From NCBI GenBank assembly GCA_964036045.1, contig OZ038378.1, forward strand, positions 17,112,001 to 17,176,000: DNA of 64,000 nucleotides, written 5' to 3'. This document shows, piece by piece, positions 57,454 through 64,000 of the stretch. The DNA comes from Eutreptiella sp. 'Long Island Sound 2002' (taxonomy: Eukaryota > Protista > Euglenida). The number at the start of each line of letters is the position of its first letter. Positions within the stretch are counted from its first letter, which is position 1. The notes beneath the pieces are model-generated. The model was given only the letters and a program-made list of their open reading frames with translations. It was not told the DNA's origin and searched no databases. A program made the translations under genes and the position numbers.

Positions 57454-59125
57454 GTCTGAGTGGTTTGCCTGACAGTTGGCCATGTGTCCCCTTTGGCGCA
57501 GTAGAGACCCCCAAGAAGGACCCGGGGCCCAGGCCTGTGCCCAAGTTCACAGTCACAGGGCGTCATGCAGCTGTATAAAGCCAAACAGCCCAGATGGCAC
57601 CTGTAGCGATGCACTTTTGCTGTCCAAAGCAGACTTTCCACCAGCCACTCCCAGAAAATGTTTGTGCCAACAAACATTCAGTCTCAGGGGAAGCAGCTCC
57701 ACCACATCCAGCATGACCCAGCGGGTGTGGACAATCTCGGCCTCCAGGGACTTGTCCAAAATCCTTGGCTCAGCACCCGAGCCCAAATGATTTGCATGCT
57801 GGGGACATGTTCCAAGAGGTTGCAGAAACCTTCAACTGCTTTGCCAGAGCTGGAGAGCAATGGAATGTCGCCCGGGCTCAACCTCGGGCTCAAATCCAAT
57901 GGGGCTGTTGATCCGAAGCTCTGAGGGCCATGAAGGCATTCGGTTTTTTGGGGGAGAGGGTGGGGCTACAGTACAGGAGTTCATTTGAGCGGTGGGCTCA
58001 TCCCCCCGCCCCTCAGCCCGAGTGCAAACAGCGCCTTGCCCAACCAACAGAAGGTGTCGTTTTCGCATTTTTTGGAGCCATGGAATGGGGATGCTGTTGT
58101 GTGGTTGGCTGTGCTTGTTCAGCCCTCCCCACCCCTTGTTTGCGCCAGAATAGGGCAGTACCCCAAATTCCCCGTTTTCAGGATGGTTGCTCCTAAGGTT
58201 CCCGAATAGAAATGGGAAGCCAAAAAAAAATGGGGGGAATGGGGGGAAATGGGGGGAAATGGGAGCAAATGGGCTGTGTTCTTTGGGATTGTTGAGTGCG
58301 CTAGGCTGCACTGGGTTGGGAGCAATGATGGGGTTGTCCGCACAGCCACCACAGAAACGTGCCATTGGAGCCCGCACATCCGTCACACCATCATCCATGC
58401 GTTGTGCCGAGGACGGCATACCTTGTGGATAGCACCTTCCCCAGAGTATGGTGGTCCCTGGTGGCCAGGGCTGCCTGTCCAGGCCCATCTGACTTAGCTA
58501 TTGGACGGGGGAGGCTGCAACTAGGCTCTAGGGCCTCACCGTCCCCCACCCACAAAATTCCATCCGTTACACCACCGATCAGAGACTCACAGCATGTGCA
58601 CGGCAATGCAGGAAAGTAGGAACCAAAGGAGGAAGCCCCGCCCACTCTATCGAGAATTGGAGGACCTCCTCTCCGGAAAGATGACATAACTGATCCAATT
58701 CGGATGTGTTTGCCGGCATCTGTCTTCCCTTTTATCCCCCCCTCCCCCCCCAAGAACAGTGCTCTGGAGAAATGCCAGGTCACGACATGAGGAGGCCTTC
58801 ACAACATATCGTGCAACAGCATGTTGCACAGAAGACAGTGCCATCTGAGTCCTAAAGGCTCCTGCGATCCCCCAGCCAACAGATCGGATGGAATGCTTGT
58901 CCCACTGCTCCTGCTGTCCCTGTGGTGTCCCCTCCACTGTGGGCAGGGAAGTATTAGAAGGGCCATCCACAATAGGAGGGGGGGTGTAACCCCCCCCCCC
59001 CTGACCCCCCCCCCCTCTTCCCTTCTAATGTGCAATATTTTCCTGGCTGTGGGTGTGGGTGTGTAGGGGGGGGGGTGCCGCTAACCCCCGAGGAGCGACT
59101 CACTGCACCGTCCTGTGCCCCGCAG

Positions 59126-59539
59126 GAGAAGGAGGAGCAGGAGAAGCCCTTTGACATCTACCACTACGCCGAGCACATTTTGAATCGCTTCACCCAAAAG
59201 GACAAGGCTGTGCTGGACTTCCCCCACGTCGTTGTGGGCGACCAATACTCCGACAGCCCCAAGATCCACACGGCGCGCTCATTCCTCGCGCTGCTGCAAT
59301 TGTGCAACAACGGCAACGTGGAGCTGCAGCACCAATCGGGGCTGGTCTCGGAGAAGGCGCCACTGACGGTGCGGCTGAAGAAGCGGGGCGCCGCCCCCGT
59401 TACAGCAAAGCGTAAGGCGCCCATCTCCGACGTATCGAACACGCAGCCGTCGTTTGATGCGCAGCCGGCGTCCAGCCCGCAGCAGCCCTCGGCCGTGCCC
59501 CCCCCACCTCCAACAAAACGCAGGAGGGGGATGGCGTAG
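59126..59539 (+). CDS. NCAPH2: CAP-H2 exon 7 (CNDH2_C, stop)
   Basis: Acceptor gccccgcag|GAG; EKPFDIYHYAEHILNRF...TARSFLALLQLCNNGNVEL (cf. PFDIH.YG...R.F.A.LQL.N..NV.+); basic NLS-like tail TKRRRGMA; TAG at 59537-59539. Spliced total 641 aa. Confidence 0.92.
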   Translation, partial: EKEEQEKPFDIYHYAEHILNRFTQKDKAVLDFPHVVVGDQYSDSPKIHTARSFLALLQLCNNGNVELQHQSGLVSEKAPLTVRLKKRGAAPVTAKRKAPISDVSNTQPSFDAQPASSPQQPSAVPPPPPTKRRRGMA

Positions 59540-62500
59540 TGAAGGCTGATGGGACCACTGCCCGATGGGTGGGAGCACGAGTCTGCCTCATGCCCTCGGC
59601 TGTAGTGCACTAGTGCACCTGCCTGCCACTAAAAGACAGGGGAATGGGCGCCCGCTGTGCCCAGAGCCAGGGACCGTGTGCTCTGGGCACTAAACACATG
59701 GGATGCACGAAACTGCCCCCCCCCCTTTTGTGGCCCTGTGTTACACTTCCCACCTGTCCCAAGCCACTGGCGGAAAAAAGCAACGTGAGGAGTGGGACCG
59801 TTGTCCCTCTGCTCACCATCACAATGTATCTGTGCTGGATGTGCATGCCGGCTTTCCCTTATGCCCTCGTGGACACACCCCGCCTATCTTCGAAAGACTC
59901 CCTGGGGCAATACAGGGGCGATGGGGAAGTGGCCGAAGATGAGATGCAGTGGTAGAGCCCCAGACAACATCTGGCTCACAACCCTCTCCTGCACGTCGCA
60001 GGCCAGTGCGGCGAGACGGCTGGTCCGCTGGTCACGGCCGGGATCCGGGTGTGTCACAGGGCGGAAACAACAGCATTGGACGGCTGGCCTGCCATGATGA
60101 ATCTTTGAGCAGATGAGTAGTCTAATTAGTGCTCTGTGCCCGTCAGTAGGGGGTCTTGCACAGTGCCAGTGAACACAATACGTTGCTGCGTTGTACCGAA
60201 TCTTTGTGTACGCCATCGTGGATTCCTCTGCTCGGCAGAAGCAGGCAACACCTGCGTCGACATGCCGGCCCGACTCAACACAAGAGGGACATGAGCGAGG
60301 CTGCGTCCGCACCGCCCTGCATCAGCAATGTCCTCCCAGTCCTTTTTGGCGGAAGGTGCGCAGTAGGATCTATCTCCGTCTGCAGAGCCTTCACCCCTCC
60401 ACCTTGCACAAGTCGTCCGTAATACAACCAGAGCCCTGTGATCTGCAACATTTAAGCAGTACATTGGTTCCAGCCCAAAACGGCCACACATTGCCATTGT
60501 GCAGGTTTGTGGCCGTGACGTCTCCGGAGGTTGACGGTTTTCACTGCCTTCCTGAGACGGGGCCCTGTCATGGGTAGCGCTCCATGACTGCGCAGTGTCT
60601 CTGTAGTGTGTGATCGACGCAATCGACGTAAATGAGTGGGAGGGGTGTACGTGTATTGGGGTTGAAGAGGTGCACGGGGTTGTCGGTTGTTGTAGGTCCT
60701 TGGGATTGTGGGTGTGTGGTGGTAACAGAGGCTGGGGGGTTACCCCCCGCCCCCCCCCTTTAAGGGAGTATGGAGGGGTGCAGGTGTAAAGGAGTGAGAC
60801 TGAGATGTGTAAGGGACTTCGAGAGATGGGTGTTCCGGAGCGTTATGGTCTTAATCCCTTTGGGGCGAAGGCTTCGGGCGTCCCCTTGAGACTATGCTTT
60901 GATTTGCTGGTTGGTCCATCCTAAAGGATTGCAGCGCCCATGCGCCTCAGGGGCTTCAACCAGCAGCTCAAACAAGCCTTTGGGGGTCATGGCCTACATA
61001 GTCATATGCATCTGCAACAGCCAAACGGTTGTAGGGCATAGCATGGTTGGCGGTAGGGGTGGTAGGCCTCAGGTGCTTGTTGCACCTCTACTCTGGACCA
61101 ATCTGCAAGTATTTGCTTGTTTTGATGGTACATTGCAAAAGGATTGGCCGGCCTGGATCGCCAAGTGACAACGTGCCTTAAACGGGTCCCATCCAAGGCA
61201 CGTTGTCATCTCTAGCGAAGCTGACCGGTGCACGTGTGGCTTCACATGTGCGGCCCACGCGGGGCTCAGATGCGTAGTAGGTTTTGTGTTCTTCTGGGTG
61301 TTATCCGCCCCCACCCCCAAGGGGGTGCAGGTTTGTCCAGGGGTCCTGGTGCTTGGATACCTAATGAAGCCTTCCCTGGCCCTGGTCTGAAACCGGCTTC
61401 TGCTGGATCTTACATTGATGTGTTCTTCCTGTACATAAATCCCTGTTGGGGTGCGTGTCCGGCCTTTTTTGGTTTTTCAACCGAAGGCCCCCGATCTAAA
61501 GCCATGAATGGGTACCTGTATTGCACGTGCCCAGCTTGGCTGACCCTTCACCATTTCCTCCAAGCCCCATGACCTCACAGCGTCCTAGTCGACTCAGCAG
61601 TCGATTGGGGTCAGCCAAATTGCAAGTTCAGTGGTTGGATTAGCCCCCCACCCTCCTCGATGAGCAGTGTGGAATAAGCATGGGATTGGTGACAGCATTG
61701 GCTCAGCAGGTGCTGTGGTGCTGTCTACGGCTTGCCTCGCATCAGCAGCCTTGTTGGCAGTTGGATGCTGGCGCTGCTTCACACGTGCAGGTCAATCAGA
61801 ACTGCCGACAGTTGGTAGGTTGCCAACAGCATGGCGTGCTGGAAGGACGCTGCCCGGAGGTGTGAATGTATTCTAGTAGGCCAATAGTTGTCCTCCTGAA
61901 TGAGCCTGGGGGTGAGGGGGCAGGTTGTCGTGCGCGTCAGGGTCAGAGTTAGGTGCATAGTCCCTTGGGGATGGAGGAGGGCTGCCATTTGGTAGTCACA
62001 CCATTCCCAGTCAAAAGTTGTCCAGACAACTCGCCGTTGCTCAAGTGTGTTGGTATCCCCATTTTCTCAGGTCAATGTTGTGTGGGCCACTGCTGAGCGT
62101 TGAGTTGTGTGCGTTGGTTTTTCTAGTCTAGACATCAAGGGCTCCTTCCATTATTGGTATCTGACACAGTGCTTTCTGCTGATCCTATTCCGAGTGGGGA
62201 CGATTTCTCTCTGTCTTCTGAAAATTACCATTCGAACGACTACCCCCAATCCCTTTGAATGGCTGAGCCTCGGTTTGGGCTCCTGCTCTCACACGTCACG
62301 ATGAGTGCTATGGTTGGGGAGAGCTTGAGCCTCACATAGCCGTTACATACTGGTCCATCAAATGTGTGTCCTTTGAGCAAGGCACCACAAACGGCATGGC
62401 ATTCATCGGTGTGCTTCCAGCAATGTCAACAACTGCATCATGTCCCCACCTATGCACCTCACAAATTCTGGTGAGCCCAGCATCCCTATGATACGGCAGG

Positions 62501-64000
62501 TTTTTTGATTGTGGGGGATTGGCTTCCACAGGAGCAGAGCCCACTGAGTTGCATGCTTCTTGCATTGGAATCAGACCTGGTTTTGAGGAATGGTCACACC
62601 GGGAAAAACGCCATCAAAATTTCACTGAAGTTGAGATTGTGACCAAGACCTCCGTGGTCCGCTGAGCCCACACTACGTGCGCTTCCGTTCCTTGGATGTT
62701 CCCTGGGCATTGGCAGTTGCTGATGCCTCACCCTGAGAATGTAGGACGTTCACCAGAATTTAGCACTGACAAACGGGAGTATGTTCTGGAATATGGGAGA
62801 ATAACGCTGATAGTAGGAAATAGAGCTTTGAAAGACACACATTTCTGGTACTCCAATTTTGAAACCCCCCATTCTCCACCTGAACCCCCCGCCGCCGCAC
62901 GGATGTAAGCCAATAAACATGCTTTTGGCCCCTGTGATTTTCCTGTCATTTGTGGAGTTAAGTGAAGGGGGGGGGGCGGCATTTTCGGGGGGGGACAAGT
63001 TTCAAAAGACTGGGGTTGGGGGCACCAGGTGCTCAAGGAGAAATACAAGTGCAGCAACTTCCCATCGTTTGCCGCACCCTCCAACATGTTTGCTGCTGTG
63101 AGCGAAGGTTTGTGAACCACAGCAGCTGACATGGCGACTGCGGTGCCCTTCCACACCCTTGCCACACACTGCATGTGCATGGTGCAACACCCAGCGAGGA
63201 TCAAACGCAGCCACGTTGTGCACAGCAGTGCTTCACACAATCGGTACAGTGTACAAGGGCTTCAGACAAGCAGTGCACTTTTGCAGACCAATGTGTGATT
63301 TGTCCGTGCTCTTTTGTTGATGGCATATGACAAAGTGGCTGCATCATGGCTGGGAACAGAATTGTTTTTGGTGTGGCAAAACATAAGTGACTCATGCAAC
63401 CAAATAGATTTCAAATGTTGGCCTATGTTTGCAGCGCCGCTGTTGATTGTTGTTTTCCAACACTGTGGAGTCTACAAAAATGATTTGGTGGAACTGTTCG
63501 TAACAAGTTGGGGTGAATCTTCTATCATTTAACATCAGTTTCATTCTGTCTGACCCATACCGCTTGCGGCTGCTGATGCGGACCGTTGTTTTTTGTTGCT
63601 TCTTAGACATTATGTTCTCCCTATACTTTTCAATAGTATTTGTACGATAGAAAATCCCTGTAGATGTGACCCCATGCTGAATGCAACTGCCGGATTGCGT
63701 TGCTTTGATCGTGCAATTATTGTGCAATTTGGTTTGCAGGTGGCATGGGTACGGACACAGTGTTGCCTGCTCCCTTTCCATGGTCTGTATGGGTATTGTT
63801 GTTTGCAAGGTCTGCGGTTCACATGGTTTGCATGGCCTAGTGTGGTGGGGGAAGGTTGCATAAGCTGTTTCTTTATGTGCAAACTGGGGATGATCCTTGC
63901 ACTGTGCACCACAGAGTGAATTAGGCGCACGTCCATTGGTTGTTGTTGGACATTAAAGTGCCACATTGCACGAGAAAGACATCTAATATTCGCCATAGCA

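Noticed and set aside
34452-59125. Euglenid-type non-canonical introns
   Set aside because: Every intron needed to assemble PRPF31 and NCAPH2 has GT-AG ends; none required a non-canonical junction.
62300-63808. SF2 helicase relic on the minus strand (QIIFVDS, TDECH)
   Set aside because: Motifs are isolated, in different frames, and there is no Walker A; indistinguishable from chance.

Overview
Repeat-rich eukaryotic genomic DNA with large GT-AG introns. A protist, possibly a euglenozoan, is inferred but not shown. Two conserved spliced genes on the + strand can be fully assembled: PRPF31 (U4/U6 snRNP Prp31; 5 exons, 34203-42856, 480 aa) and NCAPH2 (condensin II kleisin CAP-H2; 7 exons, 48623-59539, 641 aa). 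All ten of their introns fall in phase 0. A third, unrecognised + strand gene appears to span at least 1612-26274. Its Ser/Pro-rich exons repeatedly carry the peptide motif P-x-[DN]-P-x-x-[VIL]-[HF]-P-F. One of its introns holds a decayed L1/Tx1-like LINE (RT, zinc-binding region and an RNase H1-like domain). That LINE is split by a 4,552-bp non-autonomous DNA transposon (13509-18060; 14-bp TIRs, 8-bp TSD TACTGGAT) whose cargo is almost entirely satellites, including a ~1.2-kb array of orientation-flipping palindromes. Other elements: two tRNA-derived heads, a pair of telomere-repeat-bracketed direct repeats, MITE-like elements and many microsatellites. Most long ORFs in the supplied track are repeat artefacts. 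No CRISPR array, rRNA or intact tRNA was found.
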